Source of the DNA: Cetorhinus maximus
Lineage: Eukaryota
Assembly (NCBI RefSeq): GCF_964194155.1
Contig: NC_135916.1
Span: 1,302,001 to 1,366,000 of the forward strand
Direction of reading: 5' to 3'
DNA length: 64,000 bases
A model generated the notes under the pieces. The model saw nothing but the letters and a program-made list of their open reading frames with translations, had not been told where the DNA came from and made no database searches. The position numbers were made by a program, and so were the translations under genes. How positions within the stretch are numbered: the stretch's first letter is position 1; every line of letters begins with the position of its first letter. Shown in pieces: positions 39,224 through 52,039 of this stretch.

Positions 39224-40062
39224 TTATTTTGGTTGGGAAATCAACAGCTTGAAAACCATCCCTTCATTTATTTGCCTAGAGGAAGAAACATATCTCTTGT
39301 AAGTCAAGATCTGCTGAGGTTTTGAAAGAAAATAGGTCAACGTAACCTGTCAACTGATAATCAATTTGATTAATGCGCTACAAATTATAAAGAATAATAA
39401 AAAAGTACAGTCCCTGATTCCACTTCAGGAATCTGCTTCGGTACTTTTCAAACATTTGAGTAAAATTCAGAAACAGTCCTGACCTGTCCTCCTCCAAGGA
39501 TGTCACTACCCGAGGGGACAGGTACATTGATGCAAGTCAGGTTTCAATTTCCAACTCCCATTGTAAGAGCCGTCAACTGAAACTAACAGGCGCTGCGACA
39601 GTGTTTCTTTAACACATCACTTGAAAAGCTGGTGCCTGCGATAGGTGATATTTAATTGATTGTTCCCCATCCTCACTGTCCGCCTGTTTCCACTGTTCAT
39701 TGTCCAAATGCCGACAAGTTTCATGAATCAGCAGCTATACTTGGAATATGCATTACAGGATTGAGGGGAGAAAATCCCAATAGCTTGCTCAAGTTCTGTC
39801 TCCCTCAGCAGGGCCACACACAGCCCCAGAAAGGCCTCTCCCCGTCCACCCGCTCACTCCAAGTTCCGGAACACGTTCCCGCTCCGCTCCGCCTCTTACA
39901 AACAGCCCCCGGTTCTCCCTGAACTTACCCCTAGTCAATGATGATTTCTGTGTCCACACTGACAAACCGGCGCCCTGCTGGAATCAGAACGCTGTTTACT
40001 CGCTTACCCGGGCCCTAAGATTTCCATTTCTATCTGTTTGAAACAAAGGTCTCCCGCTCACT
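39224..40062 (-). ncRNA. Putative spliced unknown gene (copy 2)
   Basis: Core ~39790-40062; donor exon end 40008; acceptor TTTCTTCCTCTAG|G at 39275; NRF1-type sites at 40103 and 40151. Confidence 0.45.
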
Positions 40063-40376
40063 GAGTGAAAAACCTTCAATGGTGGAGTCTGTGAGAAGCG
40101 AAGCGCATGCGCTATTCTAGCTATGTCTGAGGAGTTGAATGAGGGCAGGAATGCGCACGCGCTTCTCTGAATTAAACGTCACCGAACAAACGTCATCTGC
40201 TCCGCCCCTCAGTCAATGTTCTCCAGCTTGAGCATCACAATGGGTCTGTGTGGAACGGGCAGAGTTTCAGGCAGGTGGACGATTCCTGGATGAAGCTCAA
40301 ACTGATATCGCTCCCTGCAGCATCTTTGCTGTTCATTCACCGGTTTAGGAAATCAATCCGCCCAGTGAATCTATGT

Positions 40377-40535
40377 CACAAAAAAAAACATAAAATGCTG
40401 GAAAAACTCAGCAGATCTGACGACATCTGTGCAGAGGAAGACTGTCTCCATCCCCGCCTCCCACATATGCTGAGGTTATCCAGTATTTTTTGTTTTTGTT
40501 TCAGAATTCCAGCACCCGCAGATTGTTGCCTTTAT
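40377..40535. mobile_element. Short Penelope-derived inverted remnant with TSD
   Basis: AAATGCTGGAAAAACTCAGCAG...ATCCAGTATTTTTTGTTTTTG; CCCAGTGAATCTA at 40361 and 40536. Confidence 0.75.
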
Positions 40536-41183
40536 CCCAGTGAATCTACTTGTTTTTTGTGACCGCGCAGAAATTCATATCTGATCTTAAAGGACCCAGT
40601 TTAACAGAATCAGATTGAAACTGTCAGTCACTTAGTGTCATAGCGAACAATTTTAGGCGAATTATTCCAGAGAGCTCCAGAGGTCATCGAAATTACATTT
40701 CGGATTCTATTTACCTCACCCTCTGGCATTTCCCTGTTTGTGTGAAAGATATGTGTCTACCTCTGGCCCATTATTAGCTGCAGCTGAATCGCGTCAACTC
40801 TCACTATTGGGGATCTGTCAGTTTTAAATTAGTTTTACCGATCAAGTTCAGAATCTTCGGTGTTTCAAAAAGAAAACTTGCCAATCTTCTAAGCTCCATT
40901 GATTATAATTCAACTTGCTCAAGATTTCCTCATCAGTCAACAGTATCATTCCAGGAATCTACCATTAACATTCACTGAACTATTTCAATGGAAGTATATC
41001 CCTCTATGGTTCCAGCCGATATTTGCAACACAATTATTAATTGTGATGTGCGCATATTCTATTCAAACGTTGATAATATGTCTTCCTCTATCCGATGATA
41101 GATACGAAGATCAATCGATGTTATGTTGACACATGGTAGTTACAGAGAGACAGCTCTCTCTCTCTCTTTCTCTCTCTCGCGCA

Positions 41184-43170
41184 GAATCACAGAATCACAG
41201 AGCAAAATAGGCCCTTCGGACCTTCGAGTCTGCACAGACACGTGAGAAACACCTGACCTACTAGCCTAATCCCATTTACCATATATTGGCACCTTGAATG
41301 TTATGACGTGCCAAGTGCTCATCCAGGTACCTTTTAAAGGAAGTGAGGCAACCCGCCTCCACCACCTTCCCAGGCAGTGCATTCCAGACAGTCAGCATCC
41401 TCTGGGTAAAAAAGTTTTTCCTCTCATTCCCCTAAACGTCCTGCCCCTCACCTTGAACATATGCCCCTTTGTGACCGACCCTTCAAATAAGGGAAACAGC
41501 AGCTCCCTATCCACCCTGTCCATGACCCACATAATCTTGTACACCTCGATCAGGTTGCCCCTCAGTCTTCTCTGCTCAAACAAAAACAACACAAGTCCAT
41601 CCAACCTCTCTTCATAACTTAAACGTTTCATCTATGGCAATATCCTGGTTAATCGCCTTTCCAACCCCTCCAGTGCAATCACATGCTTCATATAATGTGG
41701 CGAACAGAACTGCACACAGTACTCCAGCTGTGGCCACACCAAGGTTCCATACAACTCCAATATGAACTCCCTGTTTTTTTAATCTATGCCTCGATTGATA
41801 AAGGCAAGTTTCAGATATGCCTTTATCAACATCCCACTAACATGCCCCTCCGCCATCAGAAATCTATGGACACACACGCCAAGGTCCCTTTCTTCCTCAG
41901 AACTTCCTAGTGCCATGCAGTTCATTGAATACTTCCTTGTCAAATTACTCCTTCCAAATTGTATATCCTCACAATTTTCAGGCTTAAATTCCAACTGCCA
42001 CTTATCTGCCCTTTTGACCATCCCGTCTATATCTTCCTGTAGCCCAAGGCACTCAACCCCACTGTTAAACACCTGGCCAATCGTTGTGTCATACGCAAAT
42101 TTATTAATCCTACCCCCCACATAGTCATCTATATCATTTATATCAATGACAAATAATAGGGGACTGAGCACAGATCCCAGTGCTGCACCACTGGGCACGG
42201 GCTTCCAATCACTAAAGCATCCTTCTGTCATCATCCTCTACCTCCCTCAACTCATCCACCTTATCAAATTATCTTTAATCCCATGTGCATTTGTCTTCTT
42301 TATAAGTCTCCCATATGGGACCTTGTCAAAGGCTTAGCTGAAGTCCATATAAACTACATCAACTGCACTACCCTCATCTTCACATCTGGTCACCTCCTCA
42401 AAAAAGTCAAACAAATTTGTTAGGCATGACCTCCCTCTGACAAAGCCAGATCTCTGATCAAAACTTGCCTCTCCAAGTACAGATAGATATTCTCCTTCAG
42501 AAATTTCTCCAATAGTTTCCCTCCCACTGACGTGGACTCACTGGCCTCTTGTTCACTAGCTTATCTCCACCACCCTTCTTAAAAGCAGAACCACATTAGT
42601 TGTTCTCCAGTCCTCTGGCACCACCCCCGTGGCCAGAGTGGAATTAAAAATTCGGGTCAGAGCTCCTGCGATCTCCTCCCTTGCCTCCCTCAGCAGTCTG
42701 GGACACAGATCATCCGGACCTGGAGATTTGTCCACTTTTAAGCCTCCCAACACCTCCAATGCCTTGTCACTCCAGATATCAATTTGCTTAAGAACCTTGC
42801 AGTCTCTTTCACCGAGTTCAACGCATTCAACCTCATTCTCTTGTGTGAAGACGGATGTGAAATATTCATTCAACAGTCTAGCTATGTCCTCTGGCTCCAC
42901 CCATAGATTGACCCCTTGGTCACGCATGAGCCCTCCACTTACCCTGGTTATCCGCTTTCCATTGATATACTTATAGAATATCTTGGGATTTTCCCTACTT
43001 TTACCAGCCAGACCTATCTCACATCCCCTCTTCGTTCTCCTAATTGCTTTTGCAGCTGTCCTCCCTCTGAATTGATTGTTTTACTGGATTGTGATGTGTT
43101 TCTATTCTGCTAAAATTCTATGTTCCTTCCCCCTGCCGAATTAGTCTGAACTTCTCCCAGTAGCACTAGC
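41184..43170 (-). mobile_element. CR1 LINE ORF2 fragment, disrupted
   Basis: Minus ORFs KSPGPDDLCPRLLRE, GSVLSPLLF, FAYDT and GNLIEVYKIM. Confidence 0.92.
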
Positions 43171-44415
43171 CTAACTGTGTGTGTGCCACTCTCATTCACT
43201 ATGCCTCTCTCTCTCTCCCACTCTCTATCTCTCTCTCACTCACTATTCCTCCCTCTCTCTCCTTTCACTCTTGCTCCCTTTCGCCCCCCATCTCTCTACT
43301 TCTGGTGCTGCGAATGTTACTGAGGCTGTGCTCCATCCTCCATTGATATGCGTGACACTGTCACTGTTCTCACCACTCTCAGAAATTCAGGTCTGGTAAT
43401 TTCTTCTGATTATCTCTAATAAAAAATCGAAGCGTGTTCACAACATCTCTGTTACTGCCTGAAACGTGACTAACCGCGAGTGCATGTTCACATATAACTG
43501 GCCCGCTCTGGTTGTTGAGGTAGGGGTACATTGCAAATTGTGAAATTGTGACCTGTCAGTTCAAGAGGAGCAAAATAAACAGGGAGTTCTGGAGGGACCG
43601 GGAACAGATAATTTATATTGTCACCTGGAATAAACATCTTGATGTGAGCTATTCAGATAATAGCCTGAAATCACATATGATTGTCCACGGAATCTGCGAA
43701 TCAGACAGTCTGCGGCTCCCATGTCTCAGAGTGTTAGATGTTTTTTTCTGAATTTACAATATGCAGCAAATTAATAGAAAGCCGTGCAAATTTCTAAAAG
43801 AGGGGCAATTCTCTCCTGAGACCCTTACATTTGATACTAGTTTCAGCCTGTGAAGGTGCAGATGTGAACATTGTGTAAGGGAGCGTAGGAAATGGGCGGG
43901 CGAGTCAGAGGAATGAAACTGTGTTTGTGTGTCCGTTCTGATCATGAGGTTTCCGAGACCCGCTTGCGTAAAATAAAAATATTTCCCATTCAAAAATTCC
44001 CCCTGTTCCCCAGCTTAACCCCGAAGTGAGATTTCAAGATCATTTCTGTGTTGTTTTCTAGATTTCAGTCCAAAACTAGAGGACATGTCAGTGATCGGGT
44101 GAAGGAGCCGCAGTAAATCAGGTTTAAATCGAAACTGGAGTCTTCAATTCGCGTGACATCTTTTCGACAGCAAACATTACAATGTCAGAGATAAGATGGA
44201 TTGAGTCTGGGACACTGGAGAGCCGGAATTTCCATGGAATTGGGGAGTTTGTGAGGAGAGAAAAACACAGAGAGGCAGCAGCAGCCTGGAGCTGACAGCA
44301 GCCTGTCTCCGCCCCGTCCGCTCGCTGCCTTTAAGTTGCTCAGTGCCGCCACCAGCGGCTTCATTTCTCAGCCCGTTCACATTGACAGAGACACTTTTGT
44401 GCAGAGTCCCGGAAC

Positions 44416-45072
44416 ATGACCGATACTGCAGCCGCCGAAACGGCTCCTCCAGCCGCTCCCGCCGCCCAGGTCAAGTCTGCCAAGAAGAAGAAGAAGGCGG
44501 CTCCCCGGAGCAGTGCAGCCGGTCCCAAGCTGGGCGAGCAGATCCTCAAGGTGGTGGCGGATTGCAGCGATCGCAAGGGGATGTCGCTGCCCGCGATCAA
44601 GAAGGCGCTGCGCGGCAATGGGGTGGATGTGGAGAAACTCGGCTCCCAGATCAAGCAAAGCATCAAGAGGAATGTGAAGAATGGCTTCCTGGTTCAGGTC
44701 AAGGGCACGGGCGCCTCGGGCTCCTTCAAAGTCCCTAAGAACACAACCCCGGGGAAAGTGGGAAAGAAGGCGAAGGCAGCAGCTGGCAAGAAATCTCCAG
44801 TGAAGAAAGCGGCAGCCAAGAAGGTGACAGCAAAGAAAGCAGCGGCCAAGAAAACTCCAGTCAAGAAAGCAGCGGCCAAGAAATCTCCAGTCAAGAAAGC
44901 AGTGGCCAAGAAATCCCCAGCGAAGAAAGCAGCGGCCAAGAAAACAGCCAAGAAGGCGGCAACTCCAAAAAAGCCGGTGAAGAAAGCAGCCCCCAAGAGA
45001 AAGTCTCCGGCCAAGAAGGTGACGGGCGTCAAAAAAGTGGCGATAGCGAGGGCCAAGCCCAAAACGAGATAA
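44416..45072 (+). CDS. H1: Linker histone H1, 218 aa
   Basis: Paralog; stem-loop 45130-45145. Confidence 0.97.
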   Translation: MTDTAAAETAPPAAPAAQVKSAKKKKKAAPRSSAAGPKLGEQILKVVADCSDRKGMSLPAIKKALRGNGVDVEKLGSQIKQSIKRNVKNGFLVQVKGTGASGSFKVPKNTTPGKVGKKAKAAAGKKSPVKKAAAKKVTAKKAAAKKTPVKKAAAKKSPVKKAVAKKSPAKKAAAKKTAKKAATPKKPVKKAAPKRKSPAKKVTGVKKVAIARAKPKTR

Positions 45073-45939
45073 GCAAAGACAGGAAAGAAGGGAAAGATCC
45101 CGAGCAAATTGTAACCCTCTAAACCCAAAGGCTCTTTTCAGAGCCGCCCACATTTCACATGAAAGAGCTGATCCCCTGATCATTTGATCCCTGTCTCGGA
45201 GCTGGGAGCTGATTTCAGATGGAAATGTTTCGTTTTCCTCCCACGTAAATCCTATTTTCCCGCTGACTCACTGACACACTCTCCACCCGTCCCCTCCCGC
45301 ACTGTGCAATAAAACACAGGGATATCCTTACAGCTCCCTAACCGGGATGTGTCCCAGTGCATTCAAAGTTTATCTTCGTTCCCTTATTCACATTTTCAGG
45401 GTGAGAGTATGCAATGGAGTTAAACCCCGCCTCACAACTAATACCCATATCAGTATATTTTATCTAATTCTGTTGGATGAGGTGTCAGCGAATTTCTCAA
45501 TCCCTTTTGGCGGTGTGGAGGGAAGGATGAGGCGTGAGTCTAGAGATGTGTGAGTATAGAATATTACAAGGATTGAAATAGAAGCAGGCATCTGACTCTT
45601 TATAGAAAGTGCAGTATTGAGGGGGGAATATTATTGACAGTATTGATTTTAATACGATTTTCTAACTAGCTGGTGTATGATGTTGGCGTGTTAAAGTTAC
45701 TTTAAAAGCTCTCTGTTCACCTCTCTTCAGAATTTGATAAATAAATGCTTTTCTGGCAGGCAGGAGGAGGTTGCTGGTTTACCAGAGACATTGCCCTGTC
45801 TGTCACTCAGTCTGTCTCGCCCCGCCTCTCACACTCTCTCTCTCTCTCTCTTCTCTCCCTTCCTCAGTTAGGTCGGGGCGGGCTGTATAAAAGCGGAACG
45901 TGAAGCAGCTCCCCACTCATTCAGCAGCGATTTGACTGA

Positions 45940-46260
<321 letters not shown>

Positions 46261-46841
46261 ACAAATCGACCCGACTCTATAACAAAACCCAAAGGCTCTT
46301 CTAAGAGCCGCCCACAACCTCACATTGAGAGCAGTGACCTTGGAGACGGAAAGCGAGATGTAGTTTTATAAAAACAGCTTTTTCACCTGCGCATTCTCCA
46401 TTCGCTATACTATAGTGAGTTACACAAGGTTTCATGGTTTATTTTCGTTCGGTTTTCAGGAATTCGCTTCCTTTCAATCTCCAGAAACCCGATTCCCAGC
46501 CTGGCTGAGGAACACGACAGATTCCAAACTAACACCGAGTTCATAAGATAAAGGCCATCATTTATTACACTTTGATCAGGAGTAACTATTTTGAGACACA
46601 TTATTTTCGCTTCTTCGCACTATTTTCAACCCTGTCTTTTTTTTCTTCGCTTTCTCTTCCTGAGTCGTTGAAACACGACAGGACCTGGGAGGTATCTGTA
46701 GATGAGCTTTATGTGGATCAGCCTGTATCCATGCAGCATGTTGACTGGATCCAGGAAGCACGTTATTTAAGAACTTTATTCTGGCCTGTTTCAGAGCGAT
46801 CAATATAATAATGCGAATTTAAACGGGAATGTAAGGCAAAT

Positions 46842-47868
46842 CTCAGCAGGTCTGGCAGCCCTGGCGGAGAAGAGCACAGCTGACGTTTCGGGTCCTCATG
46901 ACCCTTCAACAGAACTGAGTAATATTAGGAGAGGGGTGAAATATAAGCTGGTTTAAGGTGGGGGTGGGGGGAGAGAATTTGAAGGTGGGGTGGTTGTAGG
47001 GACAAGGAAGCAGTGATAGGAGCAGTTAATCAAAAGATGTCACAGACAAAAGAAAAAAGAGGTGTTGAAGGTGATGATATTATCTAAACGAATGTGCTAA
47101 TTAAGAATGGATGGCAGGACACTCAAGGCACAGCTCTAGTGGGGGTGGGGTGGAAAGACTAACAGGGCATAAAAGGTATAAATTTAAAAATAATGGAAAT
47201 AGGTGGGAAAAGAAAAATCTATATAAATTAATGGAAAAAACAAAAGGGAGGGGGATGAAACGGGAAAGGGGGTGGGGATGGAGGAGGGAGTTCAAGATCT
47301 AAAGTTGTTGAATCCAATATTCATTCCGGAAGGCTGTAAAGTGCCTAGTCGGAAGATGAGGTGCTGTTCCTCCAGTTTGCGTTGGGCTTCACCTGAACAA
47401 TGCAGCAAGCCAAGGACGGACATGTGGGCAAGAGAGCAGGGTGGAGTGTTAAAATGGCAAGTGACAGGGAGGTTTGGGTCTTTCTTGCGGACAGACCGCA
47501 GGTGTTCTGCAAAGCGGTCGCCCAGTTTACGTTTGGTCTCTCCAATGTAGAGGAGACCGCATTTGGAGCAACGAATGCAGTAGACTAAGTTAGGGGAAAT
47601 GCAAGTGAAACGCTGCTTCACTTGAAAGGAGTGTTTGGGCTCTTGGACGGTGAGGAGAGAGGAAGGGAAGGGGCAGGTGTTGCATCTTTTGCGTGGACAT
47701 GGGGCGGTGCCATAGGTGGGGGTTGAGGAGGAGGGGAAGGTGGAGGAGTGGACCAGGGTGTCCCGGAGGGAACGATCCCTACGGAATGCCACAAAGGGGG
47801 TTGAAGGGAAGATGTGTTTGGTGGTGGCATCATGCTGGAGTTGGCGGAAATGGCGGGGGAATGATGCC
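46842..47868 (-). mobile_element. Penelope 3' fragment with GIY-YIG domain
   Basis: ORF 47292-47792 NLVYCIRCSKCGLLYIGET; hammerhead-like motif 46877-46917. Confidence 0.92.
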
Positions 47869-48205
47869 TCCGGCCAGCAATCGATCAGGGGATGAAAGAA
47901 TTTAATCTGCGTTCAAAAGCAGGAAGTCGGAGCTGTTACCGAAATGGGGCTCGCAAACATTGAGACCTTGTGATATTTGTCGCATTGATATTTATTTGAA
48001 CTGCCTTCAAACTAGGTTTCTTTTAATTTCAGTTACTCGTCCCTTTGAAATTGGCGGGCATTTTGAAATTGATGAACTGTCAGTTTCTGCTCCATCAATC
48101 AGGGCCCAGGAATCCATGCAGCCCGCTGCTCTTTTCAAATTTCTGGGCGGGATTGCGCTGCATCCAATCAGGACAGGAGGGAGGTGACGGACATGTCTTA
48201 AATAG

Positions 48206-48673
<468 letters not shown>

Positions 48674-49555
48674 ACTCACCCTGCCCGACACTAGACTTAC
48701 ACCGAGAACCACAAAGGCTCTTTTAAGAGCCACCAAGTCGGTCAAAGAAGGAGCTGCGATCTCTTAACTACACCAGCACTTTAGCATCTCAGGCCTACAA
48801 TTTATTTTCCTCACTTTGTCACCGGGTAACTGTCCTTTGCTTCAATCACTCGGTGTTTCAGATCATTTGAGATCATTTTCAAAAGGCAAATATTTTAATA
48901 ATAAAGGCACTTTTTCGCGAATTCTGGAGACTGGATATAAATAGTTGCAGCACATACTACTAATGTCCGTAAGATGTAACAGTGCTAGCAGGATGCGTCT
49001 CACTCTAACCCACCCTTTCAGATATCATCAGAAATTACGAAGCGATAGGGATGTTCACACATGCACTAAAACCCGGATTCAGCTTCAAATGCCCCAAAGA
49101 GCCACCGAGTCGGTCAGAGAAAGAGCTGCGATATCTTGTTAAACAATCTAGCTCCTAAAACCCTCTGGCCTACAATTTATTTAAGTCCTTTTGTTCATCC
49201 GGTCTCTCCCTCTGCTGCATTTGGGGATATGGGGTGATTCCATTTATAGTTGTTTAGCTATTTCACGTCATTGAATTAGAAATGGAATGAATTAATTATT
49301 CAATGAATGTTTCCCTGAACATTGTCAGTTGGTCATATGTAGATGCAGCACAGACTCCTGGTGTCTGGAAAAGGCAACAGCGCCAGCGTCTCGTTGTAAC
49401 CAGCGCTTTCACAGATCGCATTAGAAATATAATGTCATTCCGAATCGATAGGGATGTTATCGCGCATCCGGATAGACAACAGGTCGCCCCTTTCACTGAT
49501 TAAGTGAGTGGCTCTGAAAAGAGCCTTTGGGTTCTCAGTTTAAAGAATGGTCGCA

Positions 49556-49999
<444 letters not shown>

Positions 50000-51049
50000 T
50001 CAGTTCCCTTATACCCTCAGGAGGAATGGTGGTGCGCTCAGAGCTGATTGGTCAATTATATTACAGCTCATAATATTCTTCATGTTACCAATCAGATTTC
50101 TGCCTGACTCACCAATGCGGGCAAGCAACGTATGAAGTCGGAAGTTAAGGGCGCCAAATCATTAGTTGAACAAACGATTATATATTTCAAAATGGAAAAG
50201 ACAGACAAAAAATTAATCAAAGGAAATATCGCACAGAAATCGTCTTAGCTAAGCAAAGGACAATTCCTTTACAAATCGTTCTAATGATAAATATTAAAGC
50301 AGTTCTGTTACAGAATGTTAGAAGGTTTCTCGCTCTCTTTTCCTCGATAACAGTTTTCCCGATACTGTCCGTTTCTAGTTTTGCCTGTGGACAAGAGGAC
50401 AATAAAGGCGCCAATTTTCCAGATTCAAAACTGTTGTTTTATATATGTTCGTGAGTGTGAAGAGCGGAGTGCATATTTTTGGCGTAAATCTGCCAGTATT
50501 GAAACTGAGGCTTCCTACACCGCCAGGACTAATACGGAATGAATTGATCAAATCAACTTTTATAATGCTGGGGAGGGATAGCATCTTTGAGGGATCAAAG
50601 ATAGACTCTGCTTGATTACATTTATACAACAAGGCAGGGTCTATTCTGAAGCAGCAAACATACGTTGTATTCCAAACCAACAATAAAAATGAAAATCCTC
50701 TGCAGGCTATGTGATTCTGGGATTAATCCTAATCATCATTATCTGTTACTTAAATGTAGTTTTCACTCACTGAAGCTTTTCTTCCGAAATTGACATCAAC
50801 GATATATGTTTTTGTTTTTGTCTCTGTAACATTCAGTTTTAAGTCAGTTTGGATTTTATCTGGTGCGTGTCAATCCCTGGAGTAAATTTTATATTTCATT
50901 CGACATATATTGCTGCCAACATAAGATTATGCTTCTATTCTCGTTTTAATCCCCACATTATCTGTTAAACCCAGCTATGGGTGCGTGGAATATCTGCCTG
51001 TTCATGAAAAATAAATGTGATCTTTAATCTGAAATGTATAATTTTCCAA

Positions 51050-52030
51050 AAAAATAAAGCAGGGTAAAAAACAGGGAATTACAGGCTGATTAGTCTACCA
51101 TCAGTGGTAGACTTAATACAAGAGTCCACTATGTGATAATAAGAGACTTTGAAAATGTCAAATAGATTGGACAAAGATAGCATGCGTTTATGAAAGGAAA
51201 ATCATGTTTGACAAACCTATTGTAGCTTTTTTTGGGAATTAAATTGCAAAGTAGATAAGGGAAAACCAGATGATGTGGTATATTTAGATTTTCAGAAAGC
51301 TTTTGTTAAATGCCCACTTAAGTGTTTTGTGTAACAAATTGAAGTGCATGGGATGGGCGTTTGGATTGGCATATACTGAGAAAATATTAGTAAACAGGAT
51401 AAAGTGAGCAGGAATAAATCAGTCTTAATGAGAATGGCAGAAGTTGACAATTATTGTGCCTCAGGGATCAGTGTTTGGGCCCCAGTATCCGGAATATACA
51501 AGAATGATTGTGGTGAAGGAACTAAAGGTAATATTTCCAAGTTTGACGATGACACAAAGCTATGAGGGAATGTGAAAGATGAGGAGGAAGTTAAGAGTGC
51601 CCAAGGAGACTTAGGCAATTTGAGTGAGTGGGCAAAAACATGGCATATGGATTGTGACGTGGATCGGTGTAAACTCACCCACTTTGGTAAGTGAAACAGA
51701 ATGGCAGAGCATTATTTTAATAGTGATAGGTTGGGAAAAGTTGATATGAGAAGAGACCTACGTTCACCAAATGATCACCAGGCTGCTTCATGGGCTGGCA
51801 GGATTGTCACATGAGGAGAGAATGGGCCGATTCAGCCTGTAATCACTCAATGATTGTAGAATGAGAGGGGATGTATTTGAAATATTTGAAATACTGACAG
51901 CGCTGGTCAGGCTGGGTGCAGGGATGAGGTTTCCTCTGGCTGAGAGGCCTAGCAATGGATTCACAATCTCAGGATACGTTGTCGGCCATTTAAGGCTGTG
52001 TTGAGGAAAAGCTTCAGAGGGTGGTGAACA
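51050..52030 (+). mobile_element. Old degenerate CR1 RT fragment
   Basis: TTAGATTTTCAGAAAGC and GACGATGACACAAAG; ortholog of 28330-29295. Confidence 0.8.
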
Positions 52031-52039
52031 TGTCATCGA

